The position numbers and the translations under genes are program-made. A DNA stretch of 64,000 bases from Eukaryota sp. GEM-RC1 (lineage: Eukaryota): assembly GCA_040285855.1 (NCBI GenBank), contig JAUFOQ010000005.1, forward strand, positions 434,001-498,000, given 5' to 3'. The notes under the pieces were generated by a model. The model searched no databases, was not told where the DNA came from, and saw only the letters and a list, made by a program, of their open reading frames with translations. Positions within the stretch are counted from its first letter, which is position 1; the number at the start of each line of letters is the position of its first letter. Of this stretch, positions 34,012-48,451 are shown one piece after another.

Positions 34012-35339
34012 TATTTTATTAGATGTACTTTATTAAATTTATGTTTTTTCTTGTACGTGTTCTTTAATCACGAATCAGCATCAAAGAATGTTGAATTATG
34101 CAAAGTATTATTATAATTCTGTTTAATTAACTAAATTAAACATCATCCAAAAATGTATCGATAATGTTTTATGTTATAAATTAATGAAATACAAACTACT
34201 AGTAGCAGTACTTAAAAGATAATAAGTGATCTACATCTACTCTTGAATAACAGTACCACGTTACAATTTATCCAGTGTACGATTCAAATAAATAATAATA
34301 ATTACTATGGGAAATTTCTATATTAAGAAAAAACAATACGATTGTGCCAAGAAACTGATTGAAATGTTTTTCTTGGATCTCGACACAATTATGAAAACGC
34401 ATCAAAGAAATATTCAGCACGACTTCTAGTGTTATTAAGAATCGAAATAGCAAAAGAAATGAAAAATGAAAAACAATTTTTAATTCTGATAAATGAAGAA
34501 AAATCATCTTAAACAAATAAAGTCGGATCATCTACTGTCTGTTGAAAGTTCTTGGTTTTTATTATTGTTAAAAATGGTGTTCAAAATACATCCAATAGAC
34601 GTTCAACACGTGTCTCATCTTTGACCTACGATTTTCACACAAATATTGATAAAATTCCGAAAATTAGCTATTTCATACAAATTTTCTATCTATTACGCAA
34701 ATAGAAATAGTTTATATCTGATATTTAGTTGTATTCAAAACTGGACAGCTGCTGAGCACTTGTTGCGTAAATCTTTCTAGTGATAGTTACGTTATTATAG
34801 AAATTATTGATATTATATCAAGATATTCCATCTTTTCAATGCGATGTGTGTGAAGCAACAACTTGTTCACTTTGAAGGCTTCTTCAACACAACTTATCAG
34901 AACACTGTAGGTCTCCTGATATACTGTGATGTCTATGTTCACTTGAAGGGGCCTTGTTCATCCTGAAAAGTAGCAGACAAACGATTGGCATCACTTGCAG
35001 TGACTATTGTTAAAACACCACAAAACAAGTTATAATTCATAAGGGAAAGTGGTAGATCCTGTTTTACCAGCAAATAGAGTTCCAGCTTTCTTTCCTCCAG
35101 AAGTTAGGTTGTTGAGTCACAAGATAGTTGTTGATACACCTGTTATGTCTTTAGAAGTTGATTGGGAGGATGAACATGTTTGTTTTCGTCTATGACTGTT
35201 CAAAACTTAAGATATTATTTCGTACTAGCAGTCAGGTTGGCTTGTGCAAAACGTTTAGCAAGAAACGCACCTAGCCAGAACATGATTCTTCTCAAATCCA
35301 GACGTGTGTTTTCAAACATCTTCTTTCACCATAACTAAC

Positions 35340-37221
35340 ATGTCTTATTCGGAGCTTCCCCTGAAGAGTAGTGGTTCAAGAGATGTAGATGATGTTTCAG
35401 TTACTGATCTGGTTGATTGTTGTCCCTCCTCTAGTATCTCCTCTTTGAAACCTGGCTCTAAGGTATCGTCTGCTCCCTTCTCTTCCACCCGTTCTCCTTC
35501 CATTCCCCTTAAATTTCAACAATCCTTGCTCACTTTAATCCATCTTCATTTTCTCAGCCGTATGTTGGAAGCCTCTCCTGAATGGAAACGTGATGAGCCT
35601 CACCGTGCTCTACGTACCTTGAAGACAGTTTTGCCTACTTTTTTTAGTCAGGTTGGCTATGTGAGCCATTACTTCTTTGAATCCGTTTTCTTAGCAACCA
35701 AGATGTTCTTCCTAAGAAACACGTTTCATGTTATTCCTGAAAACCTTCCTCAACTCTTCTCTATTGCTTCTTTCTTCCAAAGCAGATGTACAATCTGTAT
35801 TCTTACATGTTTTTCGTATCTTTTATGTTGAAGATTTTTTGGTGTACGCCCATATCATTACGGGATTTCGATTGATGCTGGAAAACCACAATCACTTGGA
35901 TTTTATTAGAAAGTCCCCTTTTACACGTCTTAAGCAACTTCACGTTGCTGTTGATTCTTCGATCTCTTCAGCTTTCATTGAATTGTTGAAGACCAATACT
36001 ACTATTACAAGTCTTAATCTGGGGAATAACTCCATTGGAGATGCAGGAGCTAGAGCTTTGGCAGAGGCGTTAAAGCTTAATTCCACAGTTACAACTGTTT
36101 ATCTATTTTATAACTCTATTGGAGCTGAAGGTGCAAGAGCATTGTCAGAGGCATTAAAAGTTAATGTTTCAGTCACGTATATTGAACTTACCGGTAACTC
36201 TATTGGAGATGAAGGTGCAGGAGCATTGGCTGAGGCCTTAAAAGTTAATACTTCAGTCACAAGTATTGATCTAAGTGGAAACTCTATTGGAGATGAAGGT
36301 GTTAGAACATTGGCTGAGGCCTTAAAGGTTAATGCTACAGTTTCTAGTTTTACTCTTTATGGAAATCTGATTGGAACAGATGGTCTTAGAGTGTTGGCAG
36401 AGGCGTTAAAAGTTAACACCACAGCTACAATTTTTGATCTGAGGTGTAACTCTTTTGGTGCTATTGGGGCTGAATCTTTGGCAAGTACATTGAAAGTTAA
36501 TACCACGGTTACCAGTCTTGATCTGGGGAACAACTCTATTGGAGCTGAAGGTGCTATCGTTTTGGCAGATGCGTTTAAGATTAACACTGCAGTCACAAGT
36601 TTTAGTTTGGCTGGAAACTCTATTGGAGCTGAAGGTGCTAGAGTTGTTGCAGATGCTTTGAAAGTTAATACTGCAGTTAGTACCATAAATCTGGGGAACA
36701 ACTCTATTGGAGCTGAAGGTGTTAGAGCTGTTGCAGATGCTTTGAAAGTTAATACTGCAGTTAGTACCATAAATCTGGGGAACAACTCTATTGGAGCTGA
36801 AGGTACTGGAGCTGTTGCAGATGCTTTGAAAGTTAATACTGCAGTTACATGTATTGATCTGGGAGACAACAGTTTTACAGATGAAGGTGCTAGAGTTTTG
36901 GCAGAAGCGTTAAAAGTTAACACTACAATTTCAAGCATATACCTAGATGGAAACTCTATCGGAGATGAAGGCGCTATAGCATTGGCAGAAGCGTTAAAAG
37001 TTAACACTACAATTTCAAGTATTAATTTTTATGAAAACTCTATTGGAGATGAAGGTGCTATAGCATTGGCAGAAGCGTTAAAAGTTAACACTACAATTTC
37101 AAGCATGGATCTAGATGAAAACTCAATCGGAGATGAAGGCGCTAGAGCGTTGGCAGAAGCGGTGGAGGTCAACGGTAAAGTTAGAATCGATGGATTAGAT
37201 GAACTTGGTTTGAATTCATAA
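35340..37221 (+). pseudogene. Duplicate of the second LRR gene, frameshift at about 35777
   Basis: TTCTTCCAAAG here vs TTCTTCAAAG in copy A; otherwise continuous to TAA. Confidence 0.85.
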
Positions 37222-37465
37222 GCTAATAAAGTGTAATATATCCTAAAACTTTAACAAATAACAGTACAATCCTATCACAGATAGATTAAGAGTGAACACA
37301 AGTTCAGTACCACTGACGTAAACCTAAGAATGATAACAATACATTAGAATATATAATATATTATAAATCATTTTTCTATTATAAATCTTGAATGATTGTA
37401 TTATATTTTTACACATATTCTTTTTGATAAATGTTTCAAAATATAGAATATTTTTTAAAGAGTTA

Positions 37466-37931
37466 CACTCTTCACAATAATTACTCTGATTCAGACTAAT
37501 TACTGATTCAGACTAATTAACGACTGGGAAAATTAGTCTGAATCACAGTAATTATGAATACTCATATTTAGTCTGAACAAATATCTCAAACAAAAATAAT
37601 TCCTTGACCTTTAATTGTTTTTATGTCTTCACAAATGTTACTTTGAACACCAAGATCGTTGTTTGCACCGTCAATGGTTGTTTTAGACCGAAGCAATCCA
37701 GAAACAGGTGTAAAAATTGATGAGTGACTGCATTGTCCTTCAAGCAAGTGTGAACAGTGTGGGACAAGGTTTGTATATGTCAATTCAAACAGTGTCTAGA
37801 AAAAATGAAATCTTTAAAGGGACTGTTTAATACCATTTCACTGAAGAATATTCGACATTCCTAAAGTGATCAAACAATAATTAGTCTGATTCAGACTAAT
37901 AAGTGATTCAGACTAATTGTTGTGAAGCGTG
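37466..37931. mobile_element. Duplicate copy of the 6130-6595 MITE
   Basis: Same termini with one mismatch (TTGTGAAGCGTG|TA) inside duplication copy B. Confidence 0.8.
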
Positions 37932-39689
37932 TAGTTAGAATCAATAGATTAATTATAAATAATTATAGTTAATTAATTCCAACCACATCTCTGTGTTCAG
38001 AATCATATAAAATTTATGAAAAGTAGTGTTCAAATCATACTTGTGGATCTCACGTGATCACACTGACCTGTTTACTGTGGTCACATTACTTGTGATTCAG
38101 CTGTGATTGTAATATAAGTGAAAACATCTGTATAATACATCTATATGATAAATCTAGACCACTTTAAGATGTTCGTAAACACACGAGTTGCTGTTAGAAA
38201 ACCACATTTGATTTTCGACAATGTCATCACGTAAATGTGTGTTACACGACCAGTTTAAACAAAAAAAGAACTGTACTACCAACCGTTGTACAGCTACTGA
38301 GAGAATTTTGAACGCTTTATACTTAAAATACTTAATACTCAATTTGCACTTCTGAAATTCTTGCTTTGTCTGTACATATCAATGATATTCCGTTGGTAAA
38401 GATGTATATCCGCAGTTGAAACAAGTTGATACATTCAGATACTAAGCGAAAGAAAAAGATGTTCATATAGATGAATTAAACAGACTTTGTAACTTTACTT
38501 TTTTTAACACACTCTTTTATTTTATTATAGATGTAATAGATCAAACAACTAAAATTTGATATCATTAAAACAACACCCGTCAGTAGTATGATCCACAAGT
38601 AAGGTTCAAATAGAGCAAAATGATGGCTATCGTCAAACATTATTCTTGTACCAAAGTGACAAGTTCGTATCATCATAAACTGAGTGATTAAGCATGGCTC
38701 AGGATCTCAAGCGCGCAGTTGTTCCACATATTCAAAATTGAAAAATTAAAAATTAGTGAACATCATTTGACCACAAATTTTCCAAAAAGACAAAAAAAAC
38801 AATCTTTGAATCACAATGCATTTAACGAGTGACTACTACGAGAGACAATAATAATACGGGGTCTCAACTTGTATGTACAACAATGACGGACTTTTAGGAA
38901 TATCACAGAAGGTCATTGTCAATGGTCTTCGAAAGCAAAACCGAAAGAGTAGCCATTCTGACATCATTAGGACTGTTACTCAAACCGGCAACGAGATCTG
39001 TTCTATCACAAGAGTAAGCAGCCTTTGGCAATGGAAGTGTTCCGGAAGCAGTAATCATTTACACGCCATCCTGGTTCACAAGAGCTGTGTACAATTGGAC
39101 GGTATGGATCACAAACCAGCCAATTACATCACGGAACGCAACTGTGAGAAACCGACGAACGGGTGAGTTACACGTGAAGAACCTGTCCGATACTCCGGGA
39201 CAAATACGGGAAACCGTTGCTAAAACCAGATGCCACGAGGAGCGCTTTCTGTATGAGCTGCTTCATACATAATACGGCAAGCATTGACTGAACACTCTTT
39301 GACACGGACATATGTGCCAAAACCAATGAGATTTAGTGTTGTTACCGCAATTAGTGACTTTACAATGGATGTGACAGTGTAATTGGTAAAGTATCACATA
39401 CAGAGTTTTTGAAGTGCATGTATAAGGGATTTGACCTTCATGTTATCACTAACATTTGCTACATCACATCAATTGCGGCGGTAGTTCAGTGGGAGAACAT
39501 TACAATTCTATTGATCATTTTCGACCAAATCCTCGTAATAACCATGGTTCGATTCCATGTCGCTGCGTGCTCTTTTGGTTCATTTCCACCAGCCAAAAAA
39601 CAGTGCTTTGATGGAGGTTACAAAAATACACATCATAATTTTTCTTTGAGAACAGAGTTTTTGTCAGAGCTGGTAGAAGCTTTCAATTC

Positions 39690-41580
39690 ATCGTCATTCA
39701 TTTGCTGCTGTGAGATTTGGTGGAATTGGGTTTTCCAAAGCTCGTTATATGCGTGAAGGTGCCTTTTTAGGATGTTTGAAGAATCTGCTGTATGAATTTA
39801 AGTTACGTTATCCCTTACTATGGTCTAATGAAGATCTCATTCGATATTCGCCTTGTCAAGGACTTATATCACTTCAAAATCTTGTAGATGGTATGAACCC
39901 TGATGATTGGGAATCCTTGTTTCCTGTATCTGTGACTGAAACACCTCAACGTACGCTTTTTTCCCTTCCTCTTGGTGTTAAAAAATTGCAGAACAAATTT
40001 GTATCTTTCTATGAGAGCTTGGACCATTCTAACTGCATTAGCTTGGCTAAAGTTAAAAGTTCCGCTTTCTGTGTATTTTTACAAGACATGAGTAGTGACT
40101 CATCATCTACTTTCATTACTCAATTGTCAGCGAGATTTATTTTTAATCTTAAAAGATCATGAATGGCTTGTTAACATGAGACTTTGTTTAGGTTTTTGGC
40201 CACTTGGTTTGTTACAGAACATCATATCTGACATAAGACTAGCTTTCATCATTTGGTCAATTGTTCAAAGTTCATATATTGTCGTTCAATTTTGCACAAC
40301 ACTTTTCGAGATACATGTTTGGAAATGTTGAAGGCGAATGGTTTCCATGGCAAAGATGAACCGTTACTTTCTCATCTTTGAGATCACCCTGATTCTACTT
40401 AGAAACGTGGTAATTTTGTTGGCCATTGGTTGTCATGCCAAGAAATTGTTGTTGATTTTACGACCGTTGACCCTTGCAAAGCTTCAGTGCCAATATTTTG
40501 AATACTTCAAATGATCCACTGAAAGACGCTGAGAATGCTAAAGTGTCTCACACATCAAGTTGCTGCATTGAATTTACGAAGACACAATAATATCGTCTTT
40601 CAGCCCTTTGCAGTTTCTTTGTACGGAGATTTCCGTTCTTTTACCAAGGAGTTTTTAAATTTATTTTACAATGTGTGTTCAGAATTTGGCAAGAAGTTTA
40701 ACAGACCGTACTGGAAGACTACATTTGCTTTTTCGATTTTTAGGTCTATGTATAGATATGTTAATTCCATTTTGTCCAAGTTGTTTGGAGCCAACTACTT
40801 TTCGGAATTAGGTATAATATTCACAGTATTTAGTCTGGACCAGACTAATTTCTAGTGTGATATTAATAGCTCAAAATTTTAATTAGTCTGGTCCAGACTA
40901 ATTAAAGTCCAGACTATTGAATATAAAAAGAATTAATCTGGACCAGACTATATTAAATGAAATAGAATTAATCTGGATCAACTTTTAGTAACAAAAACAC
41001 TATGAAACACATGACTGCATCTACCTTAAACCCAATCACTCAGAAACAGTGTCTGGCATCCTTTCTTCAAATTCTTATAGATACTTGTATATGATTACCC
41101 TTAGCTCTGGTTTCAACTGTCTCGTTCCCCAAATTCCGTTTGTGTTTAACGACAACCCACGATGAATCGTTGATATACTAGCGTATGTTAATCATCTTTC
41201 ATCTCTTTAACCGTTTACTTCTCTCAAAGTCTCTTCTGACAATTCCAAAAAGTTGTATTTTCCTGGGTTCTGTAGCTTTCAACAGGATACCACAGTCCAC
41301 GCTTTATCACGTCTTTCTTTTGTTATACGTATTATCTTTGTAGTGTAGTGTGTTTGCAATTTATTGTGAAATCCAGACTAAGTGTTGTATAAAAATGACC
41401 TTTTGAAAGAGATCCAAATATGAATTGGTCTGGACCAGACTAATTGTTCATCCAGACTAAATACTCTGAATACTGTAGTTCAATTGATAATTTGTTTTAA
41501 TTGTCTGAATTTATTTGTTGTTTTCTTGTTGTGCGTTTTTCTTAGAACATTGATCCGTTTTTTTATAATAAAAACTAAAA
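39690..41580 (+). mobile_element. Longer 3' part of the CRE-like non-LTR element with RLE domain, interrupted by a MITE
   Basis: FGGIG...KRGNFVGHW...IVVDFTTVDP...FQPFAVSLYG...EFL; A-rich 3' end near 41565-41580. Confidence 0.65.
40815..41475. mobile_element. TA-flanked MITE with AGTCTGGACCAGACT palindromic subterminal repeats
   Basis: Left TA|TAATATTCACAGTATTTAGTCTGG matches the reverse complement of the right end CCAGACTAAATACTCTGAATACTG|TA with few mismatches. Confidence 0.7.
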
Positions 41581-41715
41581 ACCACTAGACATCAAAAATT
41601 CCTGGTCAACAGTACCACAGTTTTTATACAACTATGTGAAAATTGATTTAAAAACTTAGTCATCGAACGCAACAAGAAAACATCAAACGGTTAAGCCAAA
41701 TTGATAAATTAAATC

Positions 41716-42465
41716 TCAGTCACTCAGGCCTCTCCGTACACCCTCTTATTCGGCTCAGAATATCCAGCTAGAAATCAAGTCGAAGCACTCCTTCTTAAGA
41801 AATCATCTGCTAAACCGTCACCAGATACGTCCAGCCAAGCTCTATTGGCTATATTCGAACGAAATCGTGCCCTGAACAGAATATGGAAGAAAGCCAGAGA
41901 TGCTCAAGGTGTGTATATTAGTAGCATCAACGACCTAAACAGCTTTTCCAATTTGATGTTAATGACCTTGTCCTACGAAAGAACCCAGGTCAAACTAAGT
42001 TACATAAACATCTTGGGCCTTATATTATCTCTCATAAGCTTAGCGATTCAACCTTTATCATCAAAAGCCTCGTAACCAATCAGCAGTTTACTGTGTCCAG
42101 TTATGAACTGCTTCCTTTTCTTCCCTAACACACTTAACCATAAAACAAAACTTGCCGCTGCCCGTGACCTTGCTGATGTTCCGGTGTCATCGATTCTTGA
42201 TCACCGCATTGAAGGATCTAATATGACTTTCTTAGTAAAATTTGTCAATGACAATGAAAGTTGGAAACCTCTTGGTGCCTTACGAGATAACAGTAGAACA
42301 AACGAGCATCTACTTGACTATTGCTCGCAACACGACATCCAATTGCCTCCACGGGAAAGAAAGAAGAAGTAGTGTTGTCAGATTTGTCACGTGTTTATTT
42401 GTTATGTTGTTTGTTTTGATCTTATAAATTCTCTTTTACCTTTCTATTTTTGGCCAAAGGTAACA
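41716..42465 (+). mobile_element. Shorter duplicate of the Gypsy family 2 fragment with LTR (42373-42465)
   Basis: Matches about 10337-11106. Confidence 0.8.
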
Positions 42466-45400
42466 TATAGATCATATGTAGGTTACTGTACGATATCACA
42501 CCAGTTATTAGCCAAATCAATAATGTGTTGTAAAGTTGTTGCTTTTAGTCAGCTTCTACAACTAACTGTTGTGTAGTTAAGTATTTATTGCATGTCCAAA
42601 AAATGGATAAAATCAGCAATTACAATGATCAAGCCGGCTGGCCAGAAGTGCAAGGCCGGGCGAGAATTAACAGTGGGCCACCAACCCTATGACTGACTGA
42701 TTGCTCCCTGAATGAATAATGCTAATTCCTTCTATCGAGTTGCCTGGCACGTTTCCAACAAGAATGATACTCATCAACTCATCTTCCAGTTTGTACAAGT
42801 TAAGATTCATTCTCCTGTTACCTCCCCAATTGAAACGTAATCAAGCTCAATTCACAATCGGCCATAAACAAAAAATCCTCACTATAATAGAAACAAAGAG
42901 TAAAGCTGTTTTTCTTTCTCAGTACCGGAATCTTAATCACCATTGGAAGACTGGCAGGATGAGGTCAGACCCTTCTTCCTTTCGAAAGGAACTTCTGGTG
43001 TAGGACTTAAGCCTTTGAGTACTGACCTTGAAGTATCCTTGAAAAATGAGATATTAGAAAAAACGGTCCTGTCTAGAACAAGTTACATTACATTGGGTAA
43101 AATCCAGAGCTCTTACTTTGACAACACTGAACAATGACAATCCTCAAGCCTCGGGTACGTGAGTTAGATACTTTGTTAATAAAACATGCCTTTGGGAGCT
43201 GCTAATCTTGATTCCATAACAGAGGAAGCTGCTGTAGAAAAGGCGACGAGTTACCTTCACATGTCACATAAATTGTTAAAAAATATGAGTAGATTAGTTA
43301 TCTATACATTAAATTAGGTCTATTGTTTCTAAACTATACATAATTTCATAGAAGAAAATCTGCCGAATAGATCTTGGGATCTATGCTGTAGTTGACGCTA
43401 CTTGAGTGGCTCACAGTTTTTGAAAGAATGCAGGGCAATTTCAATTGAGTCAATACAAGCGATGCATCCGAATGTTACTGTACTATCTACTCCTGGAGGA
43501 CAAGAATTCACAACTCTAAAAGAGACATAGGTAGAGATACGCGCATTATGGAACCCCAATTAATATTTGAACATGAAACTTGTTTGATTACTTCTACAAA
43601 AATGAAGATGGTCAAATCTTTTCTCATCGAATTCTCATTGGAAGAAGTTGAAATCATTGCCAACTTGGCTTGGTTTTTAAAACAGTTCAGGAATCATTCA
43701 CCAAACAAACCAGACAAATTGACTTTCATTTGCAATCAGAGACGTGATTCCGAATCAGTAAATGATCAGACTCTGATATCCTTTTTGGGTTCAAATCGCT
43801 GGTTATCCGACAGCTTTAACAATGATACTGGACAGGGCAAAAGACTGATTTCAACCTATATGTGACTAAGTATAGCTGAGCCAAGGAGAAATGTCAGACA
43901 GCTATCATCACTAAAGTTAATGATACAGTGCTGGAAATTACTCCCAACAAAGAAGTGGAATAACTATCATGAACAATCTTCTTGAGTTTCAAATCAAATA
44001 GATGAAGCAATTGAACTAGAGTGAAGATGTAAACCTAAGAACTATACGTGGACCAAAACAAAATGGCAGCATACATTGAAATACATTAAATGATTCCTAA
44101 GTTAGGGGTCCTAACAATTTAAAAAAGTGTGATAACAAGAGATCATTGAACTTGAAAGAAACCAATCAGCAATGAAGTGATTGAGTTGATGATGTCATCA
44201 ACCAGGAATCCAAAGTAAAGTAACAAACCTGAAACTCAAAGTAAGACCAGGTTATCCAAGAGAAATAAACATGTAGGTAGATGAATCGAGAAATAGACTC
44301 AAGTATAGATGTTTAATCAAGAGAAAGTTAGAGAACAGACTCAACTAGAGTATGATAACAACAAACACGCTTCCTAACACCGTGTTAACACGTATCAAGG
44401 GTTACTTCTGGTAACGTGTCACATACACACCACTCAATTGACGAAGAAGAATTGGTCTGCAAATGAGATCATCGATCCCCCGTTGTGAACTAATAGAGAA
44501 GTGAAGAAGAGAGTAGACGGGATCAACAGTGAAGTGCAAATGACATAAATGTGAAGTTCGAGAGAGTTGAATCAAAGAGAGAAGTTCATGTCATCTCCTC
44601 AATGTTGAACATGTAACCTTCTCCTGATCGAAATGGGACGCTCTTAGTGACGCGCCACGATTCTACTGCTCAATCCGATTCAATTGGAGCTACAACTCTT
44701 TCTTTTCTTAATCTACCTCATCTCAAAGTCCTTTCGATGTTCAATCTTCACGTCTTTGTGACCAATCGAACTCCTACAGAGATTCATGAGCACCGTTTGA
44801 TCTGAAATCCAAAAGCTACATAACAACATGATTACTAGTCTGAAGTCTCTCTCAATTCCTTTAACTAAAACTGGTGAATCTCCTCTAAACTCTGTCGCTT
44901 CTCCTCGTCCTTCACACTCCTTCGATTCCTTCCTTCTTTCTCCCTCTCAAAGTAATGTCTTGCCAGTTCTCTCGTCTCCTGACCTTTGTGACTCTCTACT
45001 TGTCAAACACTAGTACTCACCACTGATTTAGGCCATCACTTCAATCTCAGGAAAACTCTGATTTGAATGTCTAACATGAGTTACTATCTATTAAGGTACC
45101 CTGTTTATCACTAATGACAGTGTTACTTACTTTCCAGCATTCACACTACCTAAATCTTCAGTCTATTGAATTCACTGATTGTTGTACTTTCTTGGTATAA
45201 TTTTCAATGAGAAAACTAGAACACGTGTTTTTCTGATATACTTTCTTGAAAAAAGCTTTCATTGAGATCATGTCCATTGCTCTTTTTATTCTGAATGAGT
45301 CTAAAAGAACTTGATTAATGGAAATTATCAGAGCCACATTTCCTTTTTCATCAAACTAATATCATTGTTGAGTGTTAGTTTTGAGTCTACTTAAGTTAAT

Positions 45401-45829
45401 ACTTTTAACTTAATTGGTACTTAGCAAATGCTTCAATTATTCATTTTCAATCTTATTGGAGAGTTATTTCCTCATCTTCTTTCTTCTTTTTTGTTTTAAC
45501 TACTGGTTTAAATGGTTCTACTCCAGTGGAGGAAGGAATTTTCACTACTCAGAATCTTTTTTACTATTTTTTCTGTTAATTTAGTTTATTTGGCATTTGA
45601 CAATAAAATAACTCAACAGGTCAATGAACTCAGAACAACTGATAAAACTTTACTTTCCTTAGTTACTCCTGGATTTAGACCTCTCCAAGTATAATAATTA
45701 GGGGTTTGAGTAAGTTAAACAAAGACAATGTAAAGTACTTGACAGCAGTCCAAATCTCCTTTTCATAGCTTAATGTTGATGGAGAAAGAGAGTTTGGAGT
45801 GGGAAGAGACTTGATTAGTGGAATTTGAC

Positions 45830-45990
45830 AGCTTGGCACAACTCTTGAATCAAACTGCTCAGGTGTAGCATACTTAGGACTCATAGCATTTGGTCTGATT
45901 ACTAGAGTTGTGGCTGCAAGGTTTTTAGAGGTACCAAAATCAGCAACTCTAACGTGATCATCAACTAAGAGAGTGTTGGTTGGTTTTTAA
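45830..45990 (-). pseudogene. Protein kinase fragment (subdomains VII-VIII)
   Basis: VRVADFGTSKN...MSPKYATPEQFD. Confidence 0.75.
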
Positions 45991-46415
45991 GTCTCAATGA
46001 ACACTTTTCGTCTAGAACCAACACTGGCTGGTAAAACAGCAGGATGATTGATGGGAGGATCTTCCTCATTGCAATTGATAATAGCCGGAGTAACAACCAC
46101 AGACTTCATAAGTAGAAACTTCACTACTTGGTAAGGTTCTTTAGAGTGTCCAAGAGTTGTTGTAGAGACGTCCAGAAGTGTAAACGTCACCATTTGTTAA
46201 CTCAACCCACTATAATTCCTTCTTTCAATGGAAGCTACGGAACTTGGGAAGGAGAAACGCATCATGATGATGTTTTTCAGACATTGCTAAACACTGTTTT
46301 AATGGAAGAAGTGAGATCGATGAAGTGACCAAAGAAGGAAGAGATGAAAGTAGAGAAAGACTCAAATGATATGGGTAAATGAGAGAAGTCCAACCAATCA
46401 GTAGTCAATTTGATT

Positions 46416-46664
46416 TTATTTAAATTTGGAATTAAAGTGGTTTACAAACAAAGCAATAGAACCATGAGAAAAATCAATAGACTGAGGAGATAAAACAGAC
46501 TCTTTTCCATCTGGAAAGGACGGAAGTCTGAGGTAATGAGATTGTATCAGTATCAACAAGGACTGTTGGAAATGGAGATGTTTGGTTGAAGATTCTGGAA
46601 AGTTCGTGATCAAGTTAATATAACCAGAATGGATGTACTTGATTGAGAAAATATTATTCCACAT
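46416..46664 (-). pseudogene. LRR-family N-terminal domain remnant
   Basis: LHFQQSLLILIQSHYL; also a PQSIDFSHG motif like the PHSIDxxxG repeats of 55484-57600. Confidence 0.5.
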
Positions 46665-46849
46665 GTCAGCAGTTAATTCTAATACATTTCTTGTGCTTCT
46701 TTAAGTGGGCTCAATGGTTGAGCTCACTTACGCGATGGTCGAGGTGGGGGTGATTATCACCTAGAATTGAACGCTATTCATTACTTCCCTGAAAAGGAAG
46801 ATATTTGAACACATTTAAATTGAGCAACGCTTTTCAAATTTGTGATATT

Positions 46850-47125
46850 TTAGATCCTTTTGTTTTGGAACAATTCATACAAGATAATTCCAAGTGAGTA
46901 GATGTCACTTTGAGGAGTGATCATGTTGTCGAATTGTTCTGGAGTTGCATAACGAACAGTCATTGCATTAGTTCTTGGAACTGTTGAAGTTGATTCAATG
47001 TTTCTAGAAGTTCCGAAATCAGCAATTCTGATTCTATCATCCACAATCAACACGTTTCCTGGCTTGAGATCTCCATGTACAACTGCTTTACTATCGAAAA
47101 ACTTGAAACCTTTGGTCAATATACC
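46850..47125 (-). pseudogene. Protein kinase fragment (subdomains VI-IX)
   Basis: VHGDLKPGNVL, ADFG, YATPE, SDIYSLGIILYEL; no N-lobe found nearby. Confidence 0.85.
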
Positions 47126-47714
47126 TGTAACTTTTATTTAATTAAATACAAATATCAATATATTTGCAGCAACTAAATCCAACATGGACTACAACAAAAT
47201 GCATCAAATGGTATCATATAATACAAATCAAAAAAGTACAAAAAAAGCTAAATTACTGTTATCTAAGAAGCATTAAAGATCGGTTTAGAGCGGCGGTAGG
47301 CTTTTCAAATCATCCACTAGCAGTGCTGGAACGTTGAGAAACTATCGAATATAGAAGAAGCCAAACACACCTAGCCACAACCTTTATAAGACTGTGAGGA
47401 AGGAGAACCTTGGATATGATTAGTTGTAGCAGCTATTCTAAAAAACAATCAACGATAAAGAGCACATGAACTGCTTATCTAAGAACGCTTTTATACAGGG
47501 TTCTGGTACCATGAAGTGGAAAATAGAGATTATTCAATCGTGATCTAGAGAGGGCCTCAATAACATTGTCTATATATATCTTTTGGAATACGTTTTATGT
47601 TATACGGTATTGTTTTCGCCGCCCTGGTTACAGTCTTTGATTAAAATTTTAAACTGAGAGAAGTGAATGTTTTAAAGGAATTATACCTAGCTCCCATATC
47701 ATACTAGTTTGAAT

Positions 47715-48451
47715 CATAGTTGCGAATTACAAAATTTGACTTTGTGATTTTGTGAGTCACAACAATCACATCACAACATCACATTACAAGCAATATTTTT
47801 GTGATACTTGTGATTTAACATCACAACAACACAATGATTGAACAAAATTTATTCTGGAAAGTTAATGATATGTAACAACTGAAGTAAGCATCTGGTTCTT
47901 ACGCTTAATTTGGAAGAACTTTGGAATGTTAATTAGTAAGGTCCGATAATAATCCAGATCCGACCTTTGAGTAATAAAATCAAAGTGCTTCACTTTGTCG
48001 ACTTTCCAGCTGGGCTAAAAGATTTCGTAACTCTCCAATCGTATCCTAAAGGCAGTTCCTCAAGGAAATTTGCAAATGTAAGCTAGTTATGTTCTTCCAT
48101 GAAGTCTAAGATATATGGGGAATATTAAGACATTATTTTAAAAAAACAAACATACATTAATTGCTTCTCTAGTTCCGATGTTAAATTAACTTCTATTTCA
48201 TAAGTTGGTGAACCGAATGTTTGTACTTAACATTGTTTATGATAGTAATAAACACAAGGTAATGTAAAATCAAAAAAATTACATGTCACAACAATCACAT
48301 CACAAAATCACAAATTTGTTTACTTTGTGATATTGGATATCACAACAATCACAATTTCAGATCACGAATGAATGAGGTCCTTTGTGATTTTGTGAGTCAC
48401 ACCAATCACATCACAAAATCACATCACAAAAATTTGTGATTCACAACTATG
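47715..48451. mobile_element. hAT-like non-autonomous element with 8-bp TSD
   Basis: GTTTGAAT|CATAGTTGCGAATTACAAA ... TTTGTGATTCACAACTATG|GTCTGAAT; ATCACA subterminal repeats. Confidence 0.8.

Larger units (their letters stand above)
31339..45694 (+). repeat. Segmental duplication, copy B
   Basis: Direct-orientation match to 1-14467; lacks 7244-8061 of copy A, retains a longer non-LTR 3' end plus a MITE. Confidence 0.95.
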
